From the human T2T-CHM13v2.0 reference genome, Homo sapiens: DNA of 64,000 bases. Position 1 is the first letter of the stretch. The number at the start of each line of letters is the position of its first letter. Location: NCBI RefSeq assembly GCF_009914755.1, contig NC_060946.1; one strand, given 5' to 3'. Shown piece after piece: positions 26,987-41,624 of this stretch. The notes under the pieces were generated by a model. It did not search any database. It was not told where the DNA came from and saw only the letters and a program-made list of their open reading frames with translations. The position numbers and the translations under genes were made by a program.

Positions 26987-27413
<427 letters not shown>

Positions 27414-29007
27414 CTTGCTTGCTAACTTTTCAATGAGAAAGCACTGCAGACACACCCCTTCATACTTTTCTGACCACTTCCTTGGGGCAAGTCCATGGGA
27501 GTGGCCTCTCACTTTTAAGCACTGTGTCTGCAATGCCAGTGGTACCTGCAATCTGCCTGCCCAGTTTGCAAACCAGCCAGCACCTGTGGGAACTAGGGAG
27601 GCTGGATTCCTGCACACACGGGTTGGGTGGGAGCCATGGATGCTTTGTAATCTTTGACAACCTCACATACGTGGCCAGAAGTCTTTCGTATGCTGCCCTG
27701 ACACAAGGACGTAATTGATGTGCTTGTTTTCACTTTTATTTCTTATTTGGTAAATGCCGATTTATTTTATTTAAGGATATTCTTGGTAGCCCTTTTTGAG
27801 AGCAAAGGCAGTTTGTCCTTAACACTTGCATCTGGCAACAATAGACATAATAATAATAATAATGTGTATCTGGCACATAGTAGAGTCTCACTGAAGGTTT
27901 ACTAAGTCTATCCATTAGCACAGCTAGGAGTTTCACTACAGGCTTAGTTTTGGGCTAAGACGTTAACTGTGTGGTTTAACAATGATTTCTATGAATTAAG
28001 CTATAAATTTTCTGAACCTAAGCTCTGGGGCAATTTGGAAATGCCTCCTATCCTCAGATAAAGCCAGCGTGCATTGACCTTGAATTTCAGTAAAGCTGAA
28101 GGGACAGGAGGACTGATTTCCCTCCAAATGACAATCGCTAAGAGGCAGAATCAGGCTCGATAACCATTAGGAGGTAACGACTGTGAACTTGGTGATTTTA
28201 ATGATTTCAAATAAATTACTCCAGGAAAAAGAAAATCTTTACTACATTTTACTTTGGGAGTACTCCCCCCACCCTGAAATGGATCACAGACATCCAAATA
28301 GCAGCAAAATTAAAAGGAGGTGGATGTGGTGTGTTGCCTTCTTTAACTTGTATTTAAAGTCGTTATAATGATGGACTCTAAGACCTTATATGCTCTTTAT
28401 GCTTTAAAGACTCTAAGACTTTATATGCTCAGTGTGTGCACTGAAGAAAAGTTGACTTACAAACAGTATTTTTAAAAAACAATGAGGAATTTTATCATTA
28501 ATTCCTTTAAATTTGTGAACAGAAAACCCCTGCGCTCCTGAGTCTCAATGCCTACATGGGTCTGGACACCAGGGATGGGAGCAGACGTGTGTGTGCTCCG
28601 CAGCCAGCCCAGCTGGCAACTGGGGAAGAAATGGAACCGTCATGAGGTCATTTTGAGCCATGAGGCAGCCCCTCAGGGGACCAGATGGGTGGAGAAGCCC
28701 ACCTTCCCCTCCTCCCCTGGCTCTGCCGAGGTGGCCTCCCTCTTCCATGAGGCCCATTGCCTGGAGCCCACATCTCAGGGAGGGTGGCACAGGCAGAGAG
28801 ACCGGGGCCCAAGGCCCCCTTGCAGAGTTCCTACATAGAAATGCAGGTTCTGTGGAGCTGACGGTGCCGTAAACAGCGGCAGGTGCAGAGTGACCACAGA
28901 ATTCCGCAACACAGATGGTGACGGGGTGAGGGCCATGGAGAACCAGCTCATGGGAGCTCGTCTTTCAGTGACCTCTGCAGGCAATGGGAAGTGGGAAAAG
29001 GGCTCCG

Positions 29008-29159
29008 CCTTCCACCTGGCCCCAGGTGCAGATGGCAGCTGTGGTTCTCCAGCACCCAGGTATAAATGGGAGAGGCGGATCCCCCTTCCACCTGGCCCCA
29101 GGTGCAGATGGCAGCTGTGGTTCTCCAGCACCCAGATATAGACGGGAGAGGCGGAGCCA
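29008..29159. repeat. 76-bp tandem duplication, E-box rich
   Basis: ccttccacctggccccaggtgcagatggcagctgtggttctccagcacccag... occurs twice. Confidence 0.95.
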
Positions 29160-30025
29160 CCGTGGAAGGTCCTGGAAATGCCACCTTCTGACGGACGCTG
29201 GTGGGAGGAGGCCAGGGCCTGGCAAGGCCCTTCCCTTGGTCCCCAGCAGACATGAGAGGAAACAGCTCCCACAACACGGGCACAGATTCTTCTCATGGTG
29301 AAGCAGAGTCATGAGAGCAGAAAACAGACTCAGAAAACAAAACAAAAGAGTTATTTACATATGAATCAGAAAACACTGTGTGCAGATGTCGGGTCTGGCC
29401 CTGGGGGAAAGGGAATGACCAGATGCAGGTTCCTGTTGAGTCCGGGAGACAGAGCAGTAGAGGAAATGGGATCAACCACGTGCATGGGCTCCACACCAGC
29501 AGGCGGAGGGCACACAGGAGAGGCCCTTCGGGGCTCCCGGTGGGAGGCAGCTCTGCAGGGGGCTCAGAAGCCTCAGGCACCAGGAGGCCAGAGCAGGTGG
29601 TGGCTTCTGTCACACCCAAAAGGCCACAGGGAGACACCATGGGGAGGTGCTTTCCCAGGGAGGCCTGAAGAGGTAGAGCTGGAAACGAGGGTGTCTTGGT
29701 CCCATGCTGTCTCCTTTCTCACCACGTTGGGCACCTTTGGGTAAACTTGGTGTCCCAGGGGAGCACACTTGGGATAGAAGTCCCCAGGCTGGATACAACA
29801 CCACTCACTCTGCAGGGACGGCCTCCAGAATCATCCTGGGTGTTAGTATTGGAGATTAACATATCCAAGCCAGCTGTGGAGGGAGAATCCTTCCTGGAAA
29901 TAATAAAATGCAGCCAGATCTGATTCCCCAGCCCAACATTAAGGCTCCAGCGAGGAAGCACTACCAAGAAATCCGGGGGGAAACTCTGGGCTCTGGACAC
30001 TTCTCCTTCCAGGGTACCTGAAAAG

Positions 30026-30275
30026 GCTGCTCTCAGGGAAGGGTGTGCAGAGCCCCTGGGGTGGGGAACTGCTGTCAGGGAGGGGAGTTCAGAGCACCTG
30101 GGGAGGGAGCTGCTCTCAGGCCAGGGTGTGCAGAGCCCCTGGGGAGGGAGCTGCTCTCAGGGCGGGGTGTGCAGAGCCCCTGGGGAGGGAGCTGCTCTCA
30201 GGGAGGGGTGTGCAGAGCCCGTGGGGAGGGAGCTGCTCTCAGGGAGGGGTGTGCCGGGCACCTGGGGAGGAGAGC
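30026..30275. repeat. 41-bp G-rich minisatellite, ~6 copies
   Basis: gctgctctcagggaggggtgtgcagagcccctggggaggga. Confidence 0.95.
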
Positions 30276-31392
30276 TGGGATGCAATCCTGCATCTCGTAA
30301 CATGACCAACACTGAGACACAGGACCAAGGAAGGGAAAGGTGGAGGAAAGAACCAGGGGGGAGCATTGCTGATATTTTTCTGTGTTCATTTGTAACTTTT
30401 CTTCTGTTGGATTTATTTGTCTCTGATAGTAACGCCCAGGAGGGGTGCAGACAGGGTGGACTCTGTCCAGAGGGGCTCCCAGGCCAAGGCACCTCCTCTG
30501 TCCCAGGTAAACCACCAAGGAATGCGATGTCTGATCATAAATCAGAGTGTACATCTATGAGACATAAGACGCAACAACTGTGCCATGTGCTTGGGCAGTT
30601 TAATGCAAATAAAACATTTAAAAAAGAGAGCCTTAACATTAAATAAATCAATCCCAGGTATAGTTAATAATGAGAGAAGCGTGTGAGTAATACAAAACTC
30701 AAAATTCCTTAACTTACCTAGGGATGTTACAATAAATACCACCTTATTTGTGAATTTACAAAGGGAAACATTACCTGCAGATTCCAGAACCATAAATGTG
30801 GCCCCAAACAGAAATTTTAAATTGATTGTAAATAATCAAAATCATTGCAGTAGATTAAAATAAAACTTTTTATGTATAAAATGGAGAAAACAAAAGAAGA
30901 AAGTCAAAAGCCATAAAAACGTAAGAGCAGTTGTCAGCAGGAGTGTGAAAGACAGCAGTTATGCCCAAAATATAATGCTCCAACCACACCCCTCCCACTG
31001 AGAAATATTGATGCTGACAGATTTTTTTAAAGAAAGCCTTTTTGGAGTAGAGTTTAGAAAAGATAACATTAAGCAAATGACCCAGTTTGAACATAGAGAT
31101 GGGCAGTTATAACTCGCACATTCAGGGTGATTATCTTGTATGAAACAAAATCACTAGGCCTGGGTAATGAAGAGTTCACCAGGTGGAAGACACCAGGCAT
31201 TCATTTTCGATGCTGAAGTCCACACAGGGGGCAACTCCCTTGAATCCCACAGCAAGCCTCAACTTCCATTTCAAATACTTATGGACATGGTCAGAGAAGG
31301 TGCTAAGATTCTTTTGACTAACAGTTTATGTGAGATTCTGTAGATCAACATGGAGTGAGGCTATCCAGGGCTACAGGATTCCTGGTGTGGGG

Positions 31393-31562
31393 GCAGGACT
31401 TGTCGACTGCAACACTCATGGCATCTGGCCGGAATAATTACTTGTCACGGTTTCTCTTTGGAAACACCTCGGCCTCCACCCACTGGGTAAGACAGCATCC
31501 TCCTGGATGGGACAGTCCAAACGTTCCCAGTCTTTGTCAAAGCTGCCCTGAGGGGAACCAGG
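31393..31562 (-). mobile_element. MER20 (hAT-Charlie) fragment
   Basis: 'ggccggaataatt...ggcctccacccactgg...cagcatcc...ccaaacgttcccagtctttgtcaaa...ccctgagggg'. Confidence 0.65.
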
Positions 31563-32475
31563 GAAAGAAGCAGTAGATGGCATCAAGCTTGGTACTGACG
31601 AGGACTTTTCCACAAGTGCACAGTAAATGCTTGGTAAATATTCGTTAAAGGAATGAATTCCTGCATTTTTTCCCAGTGTTGAAAAATGTTTTTAAAAAAT
31701 CACCAAGAAAACTTCAGCTAATTCAAGAAATAGAAATCACACAAACAACATTCACCAAGATACAATAAAATTTCAATCACACACTGGAGCTAGGGCTAGA
31801 AGGAAACACTCCTATAATAATAATAATAATTTTTAGTAATGAAAGTGAACCGTGTATAACCAGTGATAGCGGATGTGGACAAAATGAAAATGAATAGCAC
31901 GATGAAACTCCAGCAGATGTGGCCAAAGCTGTACCTAGAGGTTAATTACTTTTCTCATGTAACAGAAAGGAAAAAAAAAAAAAAAACAACTAACTAAACA
32001 GCCAACATAGGAAATTGGAAAATGAAAATAAACCTTAATTTCTAAGGCGATTAGAATAAATTCATTTTTTGAGGAAGAAAATAAGTAAATGAATTTCTTG
32101 CAAATCCAAGTCCCTTTCAGGCAAAATCCAGGAACTGGGGAGGGAGAATAACACAGAAATTTTCAAGCAAGGAGAGAAAACTCCCCACATCCAAGATTAC
32201 AGCGGGGTCTCCCGTGAAACGGCTGGTTTCTTCGGTGTCTCCTGTCTCTTTATTTCCTTCCTTCTCCTTTCTCTTTCTTTCTCTCTGCATGCCGGTGGGC
32301 CCCAGCACACATACAAGGATAGATGGAAAATCACCCCAGATTAAATATTGTGACCACAAGGAGGACATGGAGGACGCAATCATGGCATTTTTCCCTTAAA
32401 AGCACGAGGACCCTATTGAGTCTTTACGAAAAATTAAGCTGCAAATTATTTTCATGTACTTAAGAGCAAACACAT

Positions 32476-32699
32476 CAGGGGTGTCCAACCTTCTGGCTTC
32501 CCTGGGCCACACTGGAAGAATAAGAATTGTCTTGGGCCACACATAAAATACTCTAACACTAATGATAGCTGATGAGCTAAATAAAAATTTTCAAAAAATT
32601 CTCATCACGTTTTAAGGAAGTTTACACATTTGCATTGAGCTGTATTCAAAGCCATCCTGGGCCACATGGGGCCCACAGGCTGTGGGCTGAACAAGCTTG
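32476..32699 (+). mobile_element. MER30 (hAT-Charlie MITE)
   Basis: 'caggggtgtccaacc...ggcttccctgggccacactggaagaa...gatagctgatgagct...acaagcttg'. Confidence 0.92.
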
Positions 32700-32752
32700 T
32701 GTTATACATAGTGATCAGAAGAATGGATAGGCGCACAGAATTTCCACTTACT

Positions 32753-33101
<349 letters not shown>

Positions 33102-34789
33102 TCAGACAAGGAGAATAAAATTAAAATAATTGAGAAGAAACAGATCACCTCGTTTGCGAACTCAGACGTGAACATTTCACATGAAGTAATGGAAAATCAG
33201 ATTCGGCTGCATTAAGAACATTCTACTACTGCCAAATATACCTCAGTCTTGTGAAGAATATTCCACTGGGGCCAGATAAAGCTTTCTCTTGTAACAGAAA
33301 AGTCTCGAGATCTAAAAACATGTGCACTGGGACACCGATAAGGTGATGAATAACAGATGGTCTTCTTGATGAACGCTGAAATCGCGTTTTTTTTTTTTTT
33401 TTTTTTTGGCCAAATGTGTCTGTTTTTTGTATGTGTATTTTTATTTTTTTCTATTTATTTGTTCTGCTTATTATAATAGTCTTCCACACTGCCCCCCAAG
33501 ATTCTAGAAATTTTTGCCTACACATACTTCTAGGACTTCTGGGCCTTTCTTTTTAACCCAGAGGAAGTTTGCATTGAGGTAAGCTGTGAGTTGATGATCT
33601 AAATCATTTGCCAATTAGCTCAAGACAACGTATTGAATTCCTTTTTCTCCTGGAGTAGAAAGCCCTGTGGCAGCCCGTGTGAGTTATGGGTAGATTTCTG
33701 TATTTGTTTCTGTTTTCCTTTTATATTTGGGGTTTGATGGTTTGGGAGGTTCTAAGCACATTCTAAAAGCCTCTCTTCTCAATCCATTCCAGGACCCCGA
33801 ACTTGCTCCGGCCTGCCGATGAAGGCATTTAATTACCAAGGATCTTCAGTCTTGCTTTGTTACTCACTTTTTCTCCAAAATATCCTTCCACACAAATTCT
33901 CCCAAATAATCCTTACAATCATTTTTATTTAGTTTTTTTCTTTAGCTTTTCTGTGTTTCCCATAAGATATATATATATATTATTTTTTGTAAAGAGGAAA
34001 ATTTAATGAAACCTGGTTGTAAACAAGATAGAAAACACAATTCCAATTTTAGGGGGACATGATATATTGTTATGGAAAGAAGTCTCTAAGAATATATGCC
34101 AGTTGTTAAGAAAGACTGCGGAATTACTGCTGAGTAATGTCTATTTTGTGTACAATTCTGCACTTTCAAGCTTTCCTGGAATACGTATGTTTCCTTCAAT
34201 TAGGACACCACCTATTTCTTTAAAATGAAAGTGCAAAGTTCTGTGTATGAGGATGTATCGTGTGAACATGCCATCTGCACAGGTCAGCCAACGGTTCAAT
34301 GGGAGTAATTGTGTGTGGCTCAGCACACAAGTGTGGGTCAAGTTAAGCTAGACGCTCATCACTCAGTATCTTGCTCTTCACAGTGAGTCCTGTGTGAGTC
34401 TTCGGAGCCTCCATATAAATGGCGCTGGCTCTGAAACATAGACGGCTACCACCTGGAAGTCCCAGAGGCCTCCACAGCTCGGGAGTCTGGGTGGGGACCT
34501 CCCTGCCCTCTGGGTAACCAGGGCTGATTTTTCAACATTCCTATAAAACATATATTCCTGGAAGGAGAAGGCAGGTGAACTGGAGTTCTAAGGAGGTTGT
34601 GTCCCTGAGGCCAACTCTGGCCCGTCTGTGCAGAGCCCATGGGGTCAGTGGTTGCTGGAGGATGGAGTCCAGATACAACAGATACACAAGAGCTCACAGA
34701 CGTGAACAACCGCAAGGATGCAGGTCATGGTAAGATGCACTGCAAAGGCAGGAACTGGTGGGATGGGATGACTGCATTTAAACTTAATA

Positions 34790-34895
34790 TGTGTATATGT
34801 GTATGTGTGTGTGTGTGTGTGTGTGTGTATACCATATATTTTCTATCTAGCTTTGTGGGTATACAAAATACTTGTATGTGTGTGTATATATATAT
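34790..34895. repeat. (TG)n/(TA)n simple repeats
   Basis: Read directly. Confidence 0.85.
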
Positions 34896-35765
34896 CACAT
34901 TCAATGTATTACATAATGCCAAAAAATATTTAATGAGGAAATCCAGTCATGCTATATTAGGAAGAGAAAAACAGCAGGTTACAGAAAAGCAAATATAGTA
35001 ATTTTTTGGTATAATTACTTAAGTACAACACATTATATATGATATATAGTCATATAAATATATAATTTTAAAAGTAATATTACATATAATAAAATATACA
35101 ATAATATATAATGCAAATTTTGTCATTTAATTTATAATTCAGTGGCATTCAATACATTCCTAATGTGTGTGTGTGCTTCCGTCCTGCCTCTGTGAATTCC
35201 CTGCGGCAGCCCCTGCACCTACCACTCTCCGTCCTGGCTCTGTGAATTGGCCTCTCCTTCCTGTGAGCCTCATGAAGGTGGAATCCTGCCACAGCTGCCC
35301 TTACGTGTTGGGCCTTTTTGCTCCACATGTGGAGTGGAAAAGGTTTATCCCTGCTGTCACCTGCTGTCTCGTGCCTGAATACTTCCATGTTGTGTGCTGA
35401 CCACATGCTGTTTATCCATTCACCCACTGGTGGACCCCCGGGCTCTCTCCACCTTTTGGTTATCGTGGCGAATGCTGCTGTGAACATGGGGATACCTTTT
35501 TGAGTCCCTGGGCTCGATTCTTTTGGACATGTGCCAAGGAAGGAGTGGGATGGCCGGGTCGACAGATGACTCTGCCTGTCTTCTGCAGAGGCTGCCGTTT
35601 TCCATCTTCACCAGCAAAGCGCGATGGCTCCAATGTCTCCCCGTCCTCACCAATGCGTGCAATTGTCTGTTTTGCTGATGAACATCATCCTGGTAGGTGC
35701 GAAGTGGTATTTCTTTGAGACTGTGATTTGCATAACAACTACTGAGGCAGAACATCTTTTCAGTA

Positions 35766-36439
<674 letters not shown>

Positions 36440-37425
36440 ATTTACCCACCCTCTATCTGTAGATCTGCTTTGGAGAAATGTCTGTTCAAGTTCTTGGCCC
36501 GTTTTGTTATTGGGTTGTTTGGCTTTTGTTGATGAGTTGTAGAAGTTCTTTATAAACTCCATTAGCCTTGTTTTTAGTATAATTTATTTCATTGTAAGCT
36601 TATGTGATTTAATGGGCTAAATTCAGCAATCAGCTCACAGCATTCCTGGAAATTCTGCCACTGCTCTCATGGTCCATGTGACCCAGTTCCAGCACGGTGC
36701 TGTCTCTCCCTGCCCCGACTGTGGCCCGGATTAAGAAGACAATGTTCATGGCAGGGCTTTGAAAAGTCTAAAGTGTTTTCCTAATCTGAGGACATACCAC
36801 TATTATCATTTATGGCCGTTTTTTGACTCAACACGTAGGCCCAAGAAATGCATTTGTATTAAGGTCTCTTTCTTGTGAGTGGAACTGTGGTGGGGAGAGG
36901 AGGCTGGAGCCACAGAGTGAGATGACACCTCGAGCAATCTGTGAGCTGCCCCCCTCCTGCCCCCTGATACCCCAACAGCTGATAAATAAGAAAGGCAAAA
37001 CGGGCTCCCCTCCCACAGCCTTTGAAGAGTCTCAGGGCATTTTCAGCCCTTGAAAAGCACTTAGCTGATAAAAACACATCCTAATGAGGAAGAGACAGGC
37101 TCTTTTCAGCTGCGCAGCCCATTTTGACAGTGACAGGCGAGAGCCCTTTCGCTCAGAGCCCCGGGAGTCTTGTTCCTGGGCAGATGGCCATCAGGAGGAC
37201 TGTGCTCAGCACTCCTGCTTGCAGGCCACTTCCCTGGGGCTGTGGGTCTTTAGCTTCTGTCTCTTGTTCTTGCTCTGAGTGAGAGACCAAAGAGGAATTC
37301 ACGGCAAAACAGAAGGTCTGCTGAAAACCTGATAAACGGAGGCCACCCTCACACTGCCTGCTGTTAAGGGCAGTCCTATCCCTGCTCCAGCCAGTCTTTG
37401 TCTTGTTGTATTATTTTATCCGAAG

Positions 37426-37838
37426 TTTTTCCTTCCTTCCCTTCCTTCCTTCCCTTCCTTCGTTCCTTCGTTCCTTCCTTTCTTCCTTCCTTCCTTCCTT
37501 CCTTCCTTCCCTTCCTTCGTTCCATTCCTTCCTTCCCCTCTCCCTCCTTTCCCTTCCCTTTCCTTCCTTCCTTCCTTTCCTGCCTTCTTTCCTTCCTTCA
37601 CTTCTTGCTTCCTTTCCTTCCTCTCTTCCTTCTTCCTTCCTCTCTTCCTTCTTCCTTCCTCTCTTCCTTGTTTCTCCCTCTCTTTCTCTCTTGCTCTCTT
37701 ATTTTGCTTTTTTCTTTCTTCCCTTTCTCCCTCTTCTCTCCTTCACTCTTCCCACCTCCCTTCCTTCCTTCTTTCCTTCCTTCCTCCCTCTGTCCCTCCC
37801 TCCCTCTTTTCTTCTTTCCTGCCTTTCTTTCTCTTTTT
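37426..37838. repeat. ~410-bp polypyrimidine (CCTT)n-derived tract
   Basis: Read directly. Confidence 0.95.
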
Positions 37839-38231
37839 GGTGCATCTCAAGTACAAAGAACAGGATCCATCATTCTGCAGTAATCTAAGAAGAGCCCATA
37901 AACACACTTCCCTAAGTCCCTGCTAGGGTTTTGATCATGACATCTGTCTAAGAACATGGTCCTGTCTAACCCACCCCCTGATTTCTCCATTCCCCCAAGG
38001 GCAAACTCTGCCTGAGTGCAGTGTTCATTCTTCCCTTGTATGTACTTTTATTCCATTTATGTGTATTTCTAAATATGTATTCATGTGTTATACTGTTGGA
38101 TTGGTGCAGTTTTTAACTTTCGGAAAGAGTAACATGTAGTGAGCAATTGTACTTTTTCACTAAATATTTGATTGCTGACATTCATCACATGGCTGCTCTT
38201 CATTTGTTTTGTCCATTGTTTTCCATACGTC

Positions 38232-38442
38232 GCAGGCCGACATGTGACAGCTTGAGGGACAAACCTGGCTGCCTCCTGTCTTTGTAAACACAGTTGTCTT
38301 GGAGCACAGTCTTGCATGCATTATCTCTGGCTGCTTGTGCATTGCAGAGCAGAGTTGAGAGGTTGTGAGAGAGCCAACACGACCTGCAAAACCAGAAATA
38401 TTTTCAATCTGATCCTTTTTAGAAAATGTTTGCAGGTGCCTG
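38232..38442 (+). mobile_element. MER58A within ancient antisense L1ME sequence
   Basis: 'cctgtctttgtaaac...ttggagcacag...tggctgct...gcagagttgag...tttagaaaatgtttgc'. Confidence 0.75.
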
Positions 38443-38480
38443 AGTGGTTGATCCTGTTTTTGCTACTATGAAGAACAGGG

Positions 38481-38835
38481 GGCCGGGAGCAGTGGTTGAC
38501 GCCTATAATCCCAGCACTTTGGGAGGCTGCGGCGGGTGGATCTCTTGAGGTCAGGAATTCGAGACCAACCTGGCCAACATGGTGAAATGCCGTCTCTACT
38601 AATAATACAAAAGTCAGTTGGGCATGGCGGTGAGTGCCTGTAATCTCAGCTACTCAGGAGGATGAGGCAGGAGAATTGCTGGAATCTGGGAGGCAGAAGT
38701 TGCTGTGAGCCAAGATCACACTGCTGTATTCCAGCCTGGGTGACAGAGTGAGACTCCACCTCAAAAAAAAAAAAAAAAAAAAAAGAAGAAGAAGAAGAAG
38801 AAGAAGAAGAAAAGAAAGAAAAAAGAAAAAAAAAA
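38481..38835 (+). mobile_element. AluS with A22-(GAA)9 tail
   Basis: Full dimer, TSD aag(a/g)acaggg. Confidence 0.95.
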
Positions 38836-40104
38836 GGACAGGGGAAGGTTCTTGTACACATCCCCTAGTTCACGTTCAAGAGTCTACTTTGCCTAGAAAT
38901 GCAATTGGCAGTCATGTGGCAGGGAATGCTCACCTTTGGGGAATGATGCTTAAGAGTTTCCCAAAGCTTTGTGCCAGTTTATGATTCTACCAGTAAAATC
39001 AGAGACCCTGGGAACGTTCATTGTCTCCACCACCCACTATTGTCAGTCTGTTTATTTTACTGACAATTATAGACACGTTTTCCTGGGGAGCCATGGAGGA
39101 CATTTTATCTGGGGGCTAACACCATGGGTCTCCTGTAAAATGTGGGTTCTCCTAGGAAACTGAATGGGAAATCTGTTCATTCTGGCTTTACGGGTGTGTA
39201 GCAGCTCCTAAGAAGGCGTTTCTGACATGGTTTCTGGGAGGCTTGGTGGGCTCGGGGGTGGGGGTTCCTTATGGTGAAGCAGGGCAGGCAAATAGTTACC
39301 TACCACCTGTGCTGGGCGAACAGCCCTGGATCTGCTGGAGTGTCAGGTCAGCTTTACAGGCATTGGGCTTCCTCAGCAGTGTCCCTGAGCATATGGAAGG
39401 TGTGTGTTTGTGGGTAGACTTCAATATGGATCCCTTTTTGTTCAGAGGGGAAGAACATTGAGGCCTCAAGCTCTGCAAGCTGTTACCTTTTGGGGGTCTT
39501 CAGAGGGCCCTAAGCAGCCGGCCAGCCCCGTAACATGGGGATGTCATGGCTCTGCTGCTGCTCAGCTCTAGGGGAGCCTTGAGCGAAGACTGGCCTCAAA
39601 GTCCAAACCGTTACCCATGCCACATGGTCACTCCACAGTGGTCTTGCCGTGGATAGGACCATCACAGCTGGGCCAGGGAGGCCATATGTGCCTAAGCCCT
39701 GGCCTGCCCACACCTGCCCTGGGGCCTCACCTGTTCTACCCGATCTCCTCTGACCAACTGAATGAATGAATGAATGAATGTGAGAAGGAGCTTGGAGTGA
39801 AGCTTGCTCTGAGAAGGGCGACCAATGTAGTGGCAGGACCAGGCCACCCAGGGCTAGTGGGGACAGTGGGACACAGGGATGTGGGGACCAGGGGAGCTTC
39901 AGGTGGGTGAAGATCACCACTGTGAACCTCAGAAGAGCTGCCGAGGGGAAGAGGGCCCAGTCTGTGCCTTGTGTTCTTATGTGGGAGAATGTGTCCACCT
40001 GGGGCATGCTACGGGAAGGGATTCGATGTGGTGTAAGAAGGACTTGATGAAGATTGAGCTGTCTATGGCTATTAAAGGCTGGCTCAGTACTATTACTGCT
40101 ATAC

Positions 40105-40808
40105 TATCATTACCATCATCATCACCATCATCATCGTCATTACCACCACCGTCATTACCATCACCGTGATTACTAACACCACCATCATCATCACCATGCT
40201 CACCATCACCATCACCATTATCATCACCATCCCTACCATAATCACCACCATCATCACCATGATTACCATTATCATCGCCATCATTACCATCACCATTATC
40301 ACCATATCATTACCATCACCATCATCACCATTGCCATCATTACCATCACCATTATCACCATCAACACCACCATCAACACCGTGATCACCATTATCATCAC
40401 CACCATCATCACCGTTATCACTATCAACATCAACATCAACATGATCTCCATCATCATCACCATCATCATCATCACCACCACTATCATCATTACCGTCACC
40501 ATGATTACTATCACCACCACCATCATCACCATGATTACCATTACCATCACCATTATCATCACCATCATCATCCTTACCATGATCATCACCATCATCACCG
40601 TGATCACCATCATCATCACCATCACCATCACCATGATCACTATCACTATCACCATCATCATTACCACCATCAGCAGCAGCACCATCATCACCATGATCAC
40701 CATCATTATCACTATAATCACCGTCATCATTACCATCACCATCACCTTTATCACTGTCACCACCACCATCATCACCATCACCATCAACACCAACAACATC
40801 ATTATTGT
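40105..40808. repeat. ~700-bp degenerate (CAT/CAC)n triplet repeat
   Basis: Read directly; explains the poly-I/T, M/V and D/G ORFs. Confidence 0.96.
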
Positions 40809-40824
40809 CTTTCAACTAGGTAGC

Positions 40825-41624
<800 letters not shown>

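Noticed and set aside
37398-37888. Hydrophobic F/L/P/S ORFs
   Set aside because: Translation of the CCTT tract.
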